Positions 1-8,965 of a stretch of 64,000 bases of DNA are shown one piece after another. Both the position numbers and the translations under genes were made by a program. Source of the DNA: an uncultured Spirochaetaceae bacterium. Its GTDB lineage: Bacteria > Myxococcota_A > UBA9160 > UBA4427. The first letter of the stretch is position 1. The number at the start of each line of letters is the position of its first letter. The notes beneath the pieces are model-generated. The model was given only the letters and a program-made list of their open reading frames with translations, had not been told where the DNA came from and ran no database searches. The stretch is from NCBI GenBank assembly GCA_964488255.1, contig CAZAUR010000018.1, positions 6,596 through 70,595 of the forward strand, read 5' to 3'.

Positions 1-2
1 CC

Positions 3-722
3 GGCGAGGGGCCCCTTCGGGTCGAGTTCGAGAGCGTCGCGCTCGACGGAATCTTCAGCGAAGTCGACTTCCGAATCGAGCCCGGCGAACGCGTCCGGCT
101 GATCGGGGCGAGCGGATCCGGGAAGTCGTCCCTGATCGCGCTCGCGACCCGCTCCTTCGATCCCGACGAGGGGGAGGTCCTTTTGAACGACGTGCCTCTG
201 CATGCGCTCTCGCTCGACTCGCTTCACGGGGCGGTTCAGCGCGTCTCTCCGGATCTTCCTCTACTCCGAGGGACCATCGCGGAAAACGTCGGCTACGGCG
301 CCCCCGACATCGACGCAGGATGGATGGCAGAGATCGTCGACGCCTGCGGCCTGAGCGACGCCCGCGAGGCACTTCCTGACGGTCTCGACAGCCGGGTCGA
401 AGAGCGCGGAGCGAATCTCTCCGAAGGGCTCTCGGCCAGAATCGCGCTCGCTCGCGCTTGTGCGATCCGACCTCGACTCCTGCTCGTCGACCACCCGATC
501 TTCGACACCGATGCGACGGCCGCAAGAGCCCTCGAACGGATACTCGAGATCGCGCCATTCACCTCGCTGATCGTCACGACCGACGGATCGAGGACGCCGA
601 ATTGGGGACGTGTCATGGAGCTTTCCGAGGGCAAGCTGCAGACGCATGGCGAATTCAAGCAGCCTCTCGCGGGATCTGAACCGATTCCGCGTGCCGTCGG
701 CGATTCGAGGACTTCGGCCTGA
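3..722 (+). CDS. ABC exporter ATP-binding domain, 5' partial, degenerate NBD
   Basis: Frame open from the window edge. Walker A GASGSGKS, then LPDGLDSRVEERGANLSEG (signature region) and Walker B-like LLLVDHP. Confidence 0.85.
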   Translation, partial: GEGPLRVEFESVALDGIFSEVDFRIEPGERVRLIGASGSGKSSLIALATRSFDPDEGEVLLNDVPLHALSLDSLHGAVQRVSPDLPLLRGTIAENVGYGAPDIDAGWMAEIVDACGLSDAREALPDGLDSRVEERGANLSEGLSARIALARACAIRPRLLLVDHPIFDTDATAARALERILEIAPFTSLIVTTDGSRTPNWGRVMELSEGKLQTHGEFKQPLAGSEPIPRAVGDSRTSA

Positions 723-939
723 GCTTCGGGAAGCGGCGATGAGCACCTTCCGGGTAGGCGCAAGCCTCCGGCAACTGCGCGGCGAAGGCGTGTTTGATCT
801 TGCAGTGCGTGGCTCACTTTGGGAAAATTTTCCCTAGAAGAAACGTCGGGCTTCAGGCCGACGCCCCGTCTCCGATCGGATGCTCGGAGATGCCACCGGT
901 CCGACGAGCCGAAACGAGACAGTGAGGAAAGGACAACTC

Positions 940-1764
940 GTGGACGACGTACTCCGACGGTCGCTCGTCGCATTGCTCCGACCCGTGGCGCGGCTTCTGC
1001 TCAAGCGAGGCATCCCCCATAACGCATTCGTCGAAGTCTCGAAGGAAGCCTTCGTCGAGTCCGCGCGGCTCGACTTCGCTGTTCCGGGCCGCAAGCCCTC
1101 CATTTCGCGTGTGTCCGTCCTCACGGGTCTCACGCGAAAGGAAGCGAGCCGATTCGTCCGCCAGCCCGCCGGTGTGCGCGAGGCACTCGCTCGCAAGCGC
1201 ATCAATCGAGCGGCGCGGGTCGTTTCCGCGTGGGTCGGGGACCGCAAGTATCGCGACGGGAGAGGCGGGCCCGCCTCGCTCGTCGTCGAGTCCGACGGCG
1301 GGCCGAGCTTTTCATCTCTGGTCGCGGAACACGGAGGAGACGTCACCCCCCGAGCCGTTCTCGACGAACTGATGCGGGTCGGCGCCATCCGCCGATTGAA
1401 GGACGGACGCGTACGGCTGGTTCAACGCGCCTATATCCCCGAGTCCGATGAGGTCGCAAAGCTGGAGATCCTGGGCACGGATGTGGCCGACTTGATTTCG
1501 TCGATCGAGCACAATCTCGAACCGGAGACTTCCGAGTCGCCGTACTTCCAGCGAAAAGTGGCCTACGACAACCTGCCCGTCGAATACCTGGCGGGTTTTC
1601 GAGCACTCCTCGCCCGCAAGGGCCAACGACTTCTCGAGGAGCTGAATGCCGAGCTCGCTGCCCACGACAGAGACGTCACCGGCGAATCGGAAGGCCAAGG
1701 CCGTCGGCGCGCAATGGTCGGCGTCTACTATTTCGAGGACGTCGTCGATGACGAAGAGGATTGA
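940..1764 (+). CDS. DUF6502-family protein
   Basis: ORF 880-1764; likely GTG start at 940 after an AGGA RBS. LLRPVARLLLKRGIP...SRVSVLTGLTRKE...W...Y...GPASL...F..LV...GGDV.PRAVLDEL...FQRKVAYDNL is typical of this family, which usually lies upstream of DUF5666 genes. Confidence 0.8.
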   Translation: MDDVLRRSLVALLRPVARLLLKRGIPHNAFVEVSKEAFVESARLDFAVPGRKPSISRVSVLTGLTRKEASRFVRQPAGVREALARKRINRAARVVSAWVGDRKYRDGRGGPASLVVESDGGPSFSSLVAEHGGDVTPRAVLDELMRVGAIRRLKDGRVRLVQRAYIPESDEVAKLEILGTDVADLISSIEHNLEPETSESPYFQRKVAYDNLPVEYLAGFRALLARKGQRLLEELNAELAAHDRDVTGESEGQGRRRAMVGVYYFEDVVDDEED

Positions 1765-3352
1765 TCACGTGCGCCGACCTACCTGCGCTCGCGACGGGCA
1801 GAGGGGCGAGGGCCGACAGGCCGGTCCGACCGCCCTGAATGAGCGGATACCGCGGAATCGATGGATCGCATTCGGCGCCATGCTCCAGCTCGCCGTCCTC
1901 GCGCTCGCGTGCGGGCCGGGAGGAGGGGGGCTCGCCGATAATGGCGGGATGAGCGGAACCGGCGTGAGCCAGGGACCGATCAGCTCCTTTGGCAGCATCT
2001 TCGTGAACGGGGTGCGATGGGATCTATCGAGCGCCTCGATCGAGATCGATGGTGTGCCGGCGCCAGAGTCCGACCTCCGGGTCGGCATGGTGGTTCGGGT
2101 CGAAGGTGATTTCGACGCCGGCAATCTGGGTGGCACGGCGACGCGCGTCCAGTTCGAAGACGAGCTCGAGGGGCCGATCGCGAGTGCGCCGATCGAAATC
2201 GTTCCGGGACAGGTCAAGACTTTTGCGATTCTCGGACAGGCCGTGACGGTCGATGTGTTCGAGACGATCTTCGACGGCGGCGCGACCTTCGCGACGCTCG
2301 CCGCGGGAGACGTGCTCGAGGTGTCCGGATTCCCGGACGGCTCGGGAGCGATCTCGACGTCACGAGTTTCGCTGCGCGGTGTGTTTCCGGCGGACGATGA
2401 CGTCAGTCTGGTCGGGCCGGTGACCAACCTCGTCGTGAATCCGGACGACTCCGGGATGTTCGATCTGGGCACGGTCACGGTGCGTTTCACGCCGACGACG
2501 CCGTTCACCGACGTGACGCGAACCGCATTGATGGACGGTGACCGCGTGAAGGTCCAAGGCATGCTCCGGCTTTCCGGGACGGAAATCGACGCCACGGGGG
2601 TCGAGTCCGAGGGCGACGGTCTCGGAGTGGATGACCTCGATCGGGTCGAGATCGAAGGCGTTGCGGCGACCTGTGCGTCATCTCCGGACTTTTGCGTCGA
2701 TGGCGTACCAGTCGACATTTCCATGGCGTCGTTCGATCCGCCGACCTTCGTCCCGATGGTGGGCGATCTGATAGAGGTCGAAGGTCCACTGGTCGCGGGG
2801 ACGCTCGAGGCGACCGAGGTGGAGTCCGAAGAAGAAGATGCGAATCAGCGCAACGTTCGTGTCGACGCGGAAGTGACGAGCGTCGACCCGGTCGGGCAGA
2901 CTCTGGTCGTGCTGGGTGTGACTTTCGTGGCCGACGGGGACACCGTGCTCGAAGACGACAGCTCCGTGGGCGACGAGAACTTCGGGTTCGCCGAGATCCT
3001 GGTCGGTGACTTCGTGGAAGTGAGGGGAGTCGATGACGGAGGAGCGACGGTGCGCGCGCTGTCGATCGAGCGCGATGATGCGACCGCGGGCGTCGACGAA
3101 GTGAGGCTCGAAGGTCCGGTGACGGCGCTCGACACGCTGACGCCGACGATCGAGATTCTCGGGCAGGCCATCCCCTTGGACGTGGGGACGCTCTACTTCG
3201 ACGATACCGGTGCTCCGCGAACCGAGGAGGAGTTCTTCCGGACGCCGGGCGACGTGATGATCGGTGACATCGTGAGCGCGAAGGATGCGGCAGCAGCGGA
3301 CCTCACCACGGTCGGCGAGGGCGACGAAGTCTCGCTCGAGGATCCGATCTGA
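1748..3352 (+). CDS. DUF5666 repeat lipoprotein
   Basis: Lipobox LALAC-G followed by GGMSGTG and GPISSFGSIFVNG. Six repeats of about 70-85 aa, each ending G(D/M)x(V/I)xVxG. Start codon uncertain. Confidence 0.8.
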   Translation: MTKRIDHVRRPTCARDGQRGEGRQAGPTALNERIPRNRWIAFGAMLQLAVLALACGPGGGGLADNGGMSGTGVSQGPISSFGSIFVNGVRWDLSSASIEIDGVPAPESDLRVGMVVRVEGDFDAGNLGGTATRVQFEDELEGPIASAPIEIVPGQVKTFAILGQAVTVDVFETIFDGGATFATLAAGDVLEVSGFPDGSGAISTSRVSLRGVFPADDDVSLVGPVTNLVVNPDDSGMFDLGTVTVRFTPTTPFTDVTRTALMDGDRVKVQGMLRLSGTEIDATGVESEGDGLGVDDLDRVEIEGVAATCASSPDFCVDGVPVDISMASFDPPTFVPMVGDLIEVEGPLVAGTLEATEVESEEEDANQRNVRVDAEVTSVDPVGQTLVVLGVTFVADGDTVLEDDSSVGDENFGFAEILVGDFVEVRGVDDGGATVRALSIERDDATAGVDEVRLEGPVTALDTLTPTIEILGQAIPLDVGTLYFDDTGAPRTEEEFFRTPGDVMIGDIVSAKDAAAADLTTVGEGDEVSLEDPI

Positions 3353-3377
3353 AGGCGGATGGTCGGTCGGGAATGGG

Positions 3378-3399
3378 GTAACCGCTCAGCGCACCCCAT
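3378..3399 (+). repeat. IS66 left inverted repeat
   Basis: GTAACCGCTCAGCGCACCCCAT. Confidence 0.9.
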
Positions 3400-3459
3400 G
3401 TATCGCTGTCCGATCGGATGAGCGACGTTGCGGTCTCGGAACTCGAGAGGAGATCGCAG

Positions 3460-3594
3460 ATGGCATCACGACGGATCGCCGCATCTGGCCCGTCGGCTCC
3501 GCTCCGGGTGCGGCTGTCGAGTGGAATCGAGCTCGAGTGGGCGGAAGCGCCTCGGGGAGACGCACTCCGCGATCTCGTCGAGGCCCTGTCGTGA
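3460..3594 (+). pseudogene. tnpA: IS66 tnpA remnant (44 aa, internal deletion)
   Basis: GAGGAG RBS and ATG at 3460. Encodes MASRRIA...PLRVRLSSGIELEWAEAPRGDALRDLVEALS, with its stop overlapping the tnpB start. The TnpA C-terminal pattern is present but the HTH is missing. Confidence 0.6.
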
Positions 3595-3959
3595 TGCGCC
3601 CGGTCGAAGACGTGCCGGTCCATCTCTGTCGCGAGCCCGTCGACTTCCGTAAGGCGATCAACGGCCTTTCGATCCTGGTGGCCGACGAGTTCGAACTCGA
3701 CCCGTTCTCGTCCCACGTCTTTGCCTTCTGCAACCGCAGGCGCAACCGCAAGCGCGATCAGGTGAAGCTGCTCGTATGGGAGCGCAACGGCTTCGTGATG
3801 TGGCAGAAGCGACTCGAGAAGGATCGCTTCGCGTGGCCTCAGTCGCCCGAGCAAGAACTCATCGAAGTGACGGGCCGAGAGCTCAACTGGCTACTCGACG
3901 GGATCGACGTTTTCGGCAACAAGCCTCACGGGGAACTGCACTATTCGCGAGTGATGTAG
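3594..3959 (+). CDS. tnpB: IS66 accessory protein TnpB
   Basis: PVDFRKAINGL...DPFSSHVFAFCNRRR...VKLLVWERNGF..W.KRLEK.RF.WP...ELNWLLDGID. Confidence 0.93.
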   Translation: MRPVEDVPVHLCREPVDFRKAINGLSILVADEFELDPFSSHVFAFCNRRRNRKRDQVKLLVWERNGFVMWQKRLEKDRFAWPQSPEQELIEVTGRELNWLLDGIDVFGNKPHGELHYSRVM

Positions 3960-4017
3960 CGCGAGTGATGTAGTCAGAAGAGTGGAGGAGATGTCGCATC
4001 GCTGTTAGTTTCTCGTC

Positions 4018-5595
4018 GTGAGCGAGAGCTTATCTCTTCCGGATGACACCGATCGCCTCCAGGCTCTTTTGAGGGAGCGCGACGCGCGGCGGGAAGCCGT
4101 CGACGAGCGAGACACCGAGATCCGACCGCTTCGCGAGTATGTGCGGCTGCTGAAGAGCGAGCGGTTCGGATCGAGCAGCGAACGAAGTCACCGCAGTCAG
4201 CTCGGCCTGTTCAACGAGGCCGAAGTGCTCGCCGAGACGCTTGCCGAGACCGACCCCACGGCCCCGGGGATCACCGTCGCCGAACACACGCGCAAGCCGC
4301 GGGGCCGCAAGCCCCTGCCGGCGTGGATGCCGCGCGAAGAGATCCTGCACGATCTGGAATAACACGAGAAGTTCTGCGGCCACGACGGACACCCGCTCGT
4401 CGAGATCGGCCGCGAGACCTCGGAACAAGTCGAGTTCATCCCGGCCAGTTCGCGTGTTCTGTCCCACGTCCGCCCCAAGTACGGCTGCCCGCACTGCAAG
4501 ACCGGCGTCGAGATCGCGCCGCTCCCCCCTCAGCCGGTCCCGAAGAGCATCGCTTCGCCTTCCCTGCTGGCCTACGTCGCCGTCTCGAAGTACGCCGACG
4601 CGCTCCCGCTCTACCGGCAGGAGGGCATGCTCGAGCGGATCGGGCTCGATGTCTCGCGGGCCACGCTGGCTTCCTGGATGATCAAGGCGGGCGAACTCGT
4701 ACAGCCGCTCGTCAACTTGCTGCGCGAGCAGATGCTCGACAGCGGCTTCGTGCAGTGCGACGAGAGCCGCTACCAGGTGCTGAAGGAGCCGGGCAAGGCC
4801 GCCGAGAGCCAGTCCTACATCTGGGTACAGCGGGCCGTGGTCGAAGACCACCCTCTCGTGCTCTACGAGTACGATCCGAGCCGTTCGGCCGAGGTGCCCA
4901 AGCGCATCTTCGCCGGATACGAGGGGTTGCTGCAGACCGACGGCTACAAGGGTTACGACGCCCTGGGGCGTGAGCCCGGCGTCGTCCATCTCGGATGCTG
5001 GGCCCATGCGCGACGCAAGTTCACCGACGCCCTCGAGGTGGGCGGGAAGAACCGGAAGAAGGGGACGAAGCGGTCGACCAGGCAGAGCAAGGCCGAGGTC
5101 GGTCTGCGTTTCATCCAAAAACTCTACGAGATCGAGCGTCGTGCGCGTGACCAGACGCCGTCCGAGCGGCTCGCGATGCGCCAGGACCGATCGCTGCCCG
5201 TGCTCCGCGATCTGCGCACCTGGCTCGACGAAGCCCTCGAGATCGTCGTGCCGCAGAGCCTCACGGGCAAGGCGATCGCCTACCTCGACGGCCAGTGGCC
5301 CAAGCTCGCGCGCGTGTTCGACCATGGCCACGTCCCGATCGACACGAACGCCGTCGAGAACGCCATCCGATCCTTCGCGGTCGGCCGCAAGAACTGGTTG
5401 TTCGCCGATACCGTCGCAGGGGCTGAGGCCAGTGCCAACCTCTACAGCCTGATCGAGACCGCCAAGGCAAACGGCATCGAACCCTGGAGCTATCTCCAGA
5501 AGGTTTTCGAAAAACTGCCGGCGGCTACATCCATCGAACATGTCGAGGCGTTGCTACCCCGAGCGCTGATGATCGACAAGGATGGGGTTCGCTGA
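4018..5595 (+). pseudogene. tnpC: IS66 transposase TnpC with in-frame TAA at 4360-4362
   Basis: ORFs 4018-4362 and 4627-5595 share one frame. Read-through gives the RFGSSSER, zinc-finger (C.H.G / KYGCPHC) and DDE segments (QCDES, LQTDGYKGY, GCWAHARRKF, IDTNAVENAIR, GRKNWLF). Confidence 0.9.
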
Positions 5596-5603
5596 GCGGT
5601 TAC
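5582..5603 (-). repeat. IS66 right inverted repeat
   Basis: Reverse complement is GTAACCGCTCAGCGAACCCCAT. It overlaps the tnpC stop codon. Confidence 0.9.
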
Positions 5604-6402
5604 GATTCTTCGTACGGGAGGCGATCGACGATTGCGTGAGCTGCCATACTAGTTTGGCGTCGCCACACGATGCTCCCATCTCCAAGGGGTTCGTTGATCA
5701 GGTCGCCTTCTCCGGATTCGTGCCTCGCGGTCGCGTACGCATCGCGCTCGCGACTCGCCAGTTCGACGAAGCCCTCGCCCTCGCAGAGATGGCACTGAAA
5801 GATCCTTCCACGCCGCCCCACGCCTTGACGCATTGGTTATCGACTATCTGACCACGGCCGTTCGGGTCACACGAGACCTCGAGCGGATCGGTCCGACCCT
5901 CCAGGCGCTCGAAGCGCGCCCGGATGTCTGGTCACAGTTTCGGACGGATCTCGGCGTATGGCGTACCACGATCGACCGCGCGATTCGTCGCCCACCCGAA
6001 GTGAGTCTCGCAGCTGCACGAGCCCTCATCGAGGAAGGGCGAAGTCTGGCGCGCCTTCCCTCGGATCGCACCGGTCGGATGCATGCGTTGCTCGCCTCGC
6101 GCGTCTTGTTCGACTGGCTTGCAGCGCACGGCGATGACGAGCCCGAAGCGCCGGAGGCGTACTACGAACTCGGCGTGGCCGAACTCGCGATCGGGCGAGA
6201 CTACTGGCATTCGAAGAGTGGTCTTCACCTAGAGCGCGCGATTCGTCTTGCGCCTCACACAGCGACCGCTCACGCGGCCTTCGCAAGACTCGAGCAAGAG
6301 ATCATATTCGGGTTCACCGGGTCGAGCGGTACCCATGTGCCCGCGGATGAACGTGCGCGACTCGATAGTCTGCAGACGCTCGCTACTCCCACAGGCCCGT
6401 GA
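5604..6402 (+). pseudogene. 5'-truncated, frameshifted paralog of the CxxCH/TPR-like lipoprotein at 19887-21179
   Basis: Begins at FFVREAIDDCVSCH right after the IS right repeat. One missing base near 5827 (TTG GAC to TTGAC) shifts the frame. Shares IGRDYW and GSSGTHVPADE with the intact copy. Confidence 0.85.
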
Positions 6403-6451
6403 AGGAGGTGCGCGGAGCGTCCAGACGTCGGCGTCGCGCTGGCTTGCGGCG

Positions 6452-6592
6452 GACTCATTGCGGTTGGGCTCAGCGGCTGCGAATGCGAATCCGACCGTAC
6501 CGTCGTGCCTTGGACCTACGATGAGTCAGACTGGCAAGCCCAACATAACGAGTCCAGTCTCAAGGTTGGGGTCTTGGCATGAACCTCATGCC
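6452..6592. other. Densely self-complementary non-coding element (structured RNA or mobile-element end candidate)
   Basis: Pairings 6452-58/6521-27, 6463-70/6537-44, 6528-34/6554-60, 6539-44/6565-70 and hairpin 6576-82/6586-92, all in the gap between convergent genes. Confidence 0.4.
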
Positions 6593-6646
6593 GCTTCACT
6601 CTTATCCTGCCCCACACCTGCCGGAGACGCCTCGGGCTGGTTCGAG

Positions 6647-7795
6647 CTAGATCCGCTCGATGATGGTGACGTTGGCCTGGCCGCCGCCTTCACACATCGT
6701 TTGAAGGCCGTAGCGCGCGCCCGTCCGCTCCAGCTCGTTGAGCAGCGTGGTCATCAAACGGGTGCCGGTGGCGCCGATCGGGTGGCCAAGCGCCATGGCG
6801 CCGCCATTGACGTTGACCTTCGAAAGATCCCAATCGAGCTCTTTCTGCCAGGCGAGTACGACGGACGCCATCGCCTCGTTGATCTCCACTAGATCAATCT
6901 GTTCCTTCTTCAATCCGGCCTTGGTCAGCGCCCGCTTCGTCGCGGGAATCGGCGCCGAGAGCATCAGGACTGGATCGTCGGCGAGGACGGAGATGTGGTG
7001 GATGCGGGCTCGCGGAACCAGATCGTGCTGCTTCAGGGCTCGATCGGACGCAATCAGCATCGCGGAGGAGGCGTCTGCAATCTGGCTGGCCAGAGCGGCA
7101 GTGTGTCGACCGCCCGGAAGGAGCGTCTGCAGAGCCTTGAGATTTTCGCGCGTCGAGGTGCGCATGCCCTCATCGTTCTCAACGCCCGCGATCGGCAGGA
7201 TCTCGTTCGTGAATCGACCTTCCCGGGTAGCGATCATCGCGCGCGCATGACTCTCGAGAGAGAGGCTCTCCATGTCGTCGCGAGAGATGTCCCACCTTTT
7301 CGCGATCATGTCGGCGCCGCGAAACTGAGAGATCTCCTGCGTCCCGAAACGGCTGATCCAGCCCTCTGATCCCGAGAATGGGTCATCGATTCCGAGGCTT
7401 GTCGCACAAGTCATTGCTGAAGAAATCGGGATCTGCGTCATGTTCTGTACGCCGCCCGCGATCACGATGTCTGCTGTTTCGCTCGAGACGGCCTGGGCGG
7501 CGAAATGAACGGCCTGTTGCGAAGAGCCGCATTGCCGATCGATCGTGACGCCCGGAACGTGAGTCGGGAGCCCCGCCGCCAGCCAGCAGGTACGCGCGAT
7601 ATCGCCTGCTTGTGAGCCGATCGTGTCGCAACACCCGAAGATCACGTCGTCCACGACTCCGGGGTCGAAATCGTTCCTCGCAACCAGACCTTTTAGGACA
7701 TGGGCGCCCAGATCGGCTGAGTGGATACTGCCGAGGCCCCCCCCGCGCTTGCCAACCGGCGTCCGTACGCCATCGACGATATATGCGTCAGTCAT
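6647..7795 (-). CDS. Acetyl-CoA C-acyltransferase (thiolase)
   Basis: VRTPVGK, DRQCGSSQQA (catalytic Cys), EINEA, NVNGGA.ALGHPIGATG, MCEGGG. Confidence 0.95.
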   Translation of the reverse strand: MTDAYIVDGVRTPVGKRGGGLGSIHSADLGAHVLKGLVARNDFDPGVVDDVIFGCCDTIGSQAGDIARTCWLAAGLPTHVPGVTIDRQCGSSQQAVHFAAQAVSSETADIVIAGGVQNMTQIPISSAMTCATSLGIDDPFSGSEGWISRFGTQEISQFRGADMIAKRWDISRDDMESLSLESHARAMIATREGRFTNEILPIAGVENDEGMRTSTRENLKALQTLLPGGRHTAALASQIADASSAMLIASDRALKQHDLVPRARIHHISVLADDPVLMLSAPIPATKRALTKAGLKKEQIDLVEINEAMASVVLAWQKELDWDLSKVNVNGGAMALGHPIGATGTRLMTTLLNELERTGARYGLQTMCEGGGQANVTIIERI

Positions 7796-8056
7796 GTCTT
7801 CTCCTCTGTCCCTTGCCCAGGGCAGCGATCACTGTTCTCGACTGTTCTCGACATAGCTGCAGAGCGTTGGTGCAGGGAAAGCTATGCATCGAAGTACGGG
7901 GAGTGCGCTGCACGCGATTCCGCCACGCCTGCGTGGGCTGGCGTAACGTCTGTTTTCATCCCTTCGGTGAGCCGACCGTGGGCGTCGTCCCAGGATCGAA
8001 GCAGATGTACATGGCGGTGTGGCGATGCATCCGAAGCGTGCGGATGAGTCAGGTTT

Positions 8057-8791
8057 CTAGCCTGGGGCCCCTGCACGTACCGCTTCACATCGCGGACAGC
8101 GGCCATGCGCAAGCTTCGCCGACCCGGAATTCGCGAGGTACCCGTCGACGAGCCGCCAGAAGGCAGGATCGTTCCGTACCTCGCGGCACACCGAGCACAC
8201 CGGTACCAGGACCCTGAGGATTTGGACCTCGGCGAATAGCCGGAGCGCGAATCGAACGAGTAGAGCCCCAAGGCACAAGCAACCGAACCCCACCGCGCCC
8301 AGCCAAAGTATCGACGCCTCCTCGTCGTTGGCGGTCGCGACCGTGTCGCGATTCGTGCGTGCGCGGGCGGCCCGAAGCAAGGAACGCGCCGCAACCTCCA
8401 TGTCAGAATGGTCAGAATGATCGCCCGCTCGTGCATCGCGGTCAGTCGCGCCGTCGGCGCGCGTACGCAGACTCGTCGACGCAATGAGCGCGCTCACTGA
8501 GCTGCCGACGTCATCGGGTTCGGATGCGTCATGATCGGCAGCCAAGGCAAGCACCCGCTCCAAACGATCTTCGATGGACGTCGATTCTGCCTGGACCCCT
8601 CCGTTCTCTGGACGATCTGCGAGCGCTGCGACCAGCTCCCGTGCAGCTCGTTCGAGAGGCAAGTCTTCGGCGATGATTCGCTCTATGTCATGCGAAAGAA
8701 CGGAGATTCGATATGCACTGGAGGCTGCTGTCATCACCGACAGGCTGACGAGAGTGAAGAGTGTGAAGATGATCGCGTTGCGACGTTCCAT
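8057..8791 (-). CDS. Two-TM membrane sensor-like protein with C-terminal CxxC...HxxCxxC domain
   Basis: TM1, helical periplasmic region, TM2, then VPVCSVCREVRND..FW..V..YL......LAHGRCPRC. Start placed at ATG 8791. Confidence 0.7.
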   Translation of the reverse strand: MERRNAIIFTLFTLVSLSVMTAASSAYRISVLSHDIERIIAEDLPLERAARELVAALADRPENGGVQAESTSIEDRLERVLALAADHDASEPDDVGSSVSALIASTSLRTRADGATDRDARAGDHSDHSDMEVAARSLLRAARARTNRDTVATANDEEASILWLGAVGFGCLCLGALLVRFALRLFAEVQILRVLVPVCSVCREVRNDPAFWRLVDGYLANSGSAKLAHGRCPRCEAVRAGAPG

Positions 8792-8965
8792 AGCGGTCCT
8801 AGTCGTGCAGAGACGTTCTGGGGCGCTTTTCTCGACGGCTCGGTGTTGTGACGTGCTGCGGTTTTGACGATCGTCCGGTCGGCTGCCAGGCACTTGATCG
8901 ATGAGTTCCGAGCCTGCGTCACCTCGATGAGGCACTTCAGCTTGGCGGTGTCGCGGACGATCGAA

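Larger units (their letters stand above)
3378..5603 (+). mobile_element. IS66-family insertion sequence, 2226 bp, decayed
   Basis: GTAA-starting 22-bp terminal inverted repeats (21/22 identical) enclose a tnpA remnant, tnpB and tnpC. No 8-bp target-site duplication. Confidence 0.92.

Noticed and set aside
4030-5541. 503-aa minus-strand ORF
   Set aside because: Antisense shadow of tnpC with no motifs; typical of high-GC DNA.
6463-6571. attC site from GCCCAAC / GTTGGG cores
   Set aside because: The correctly ordered pair spans only 34 bp and ends GTTGGGG; the perfect pair is in the wrong order for attC.
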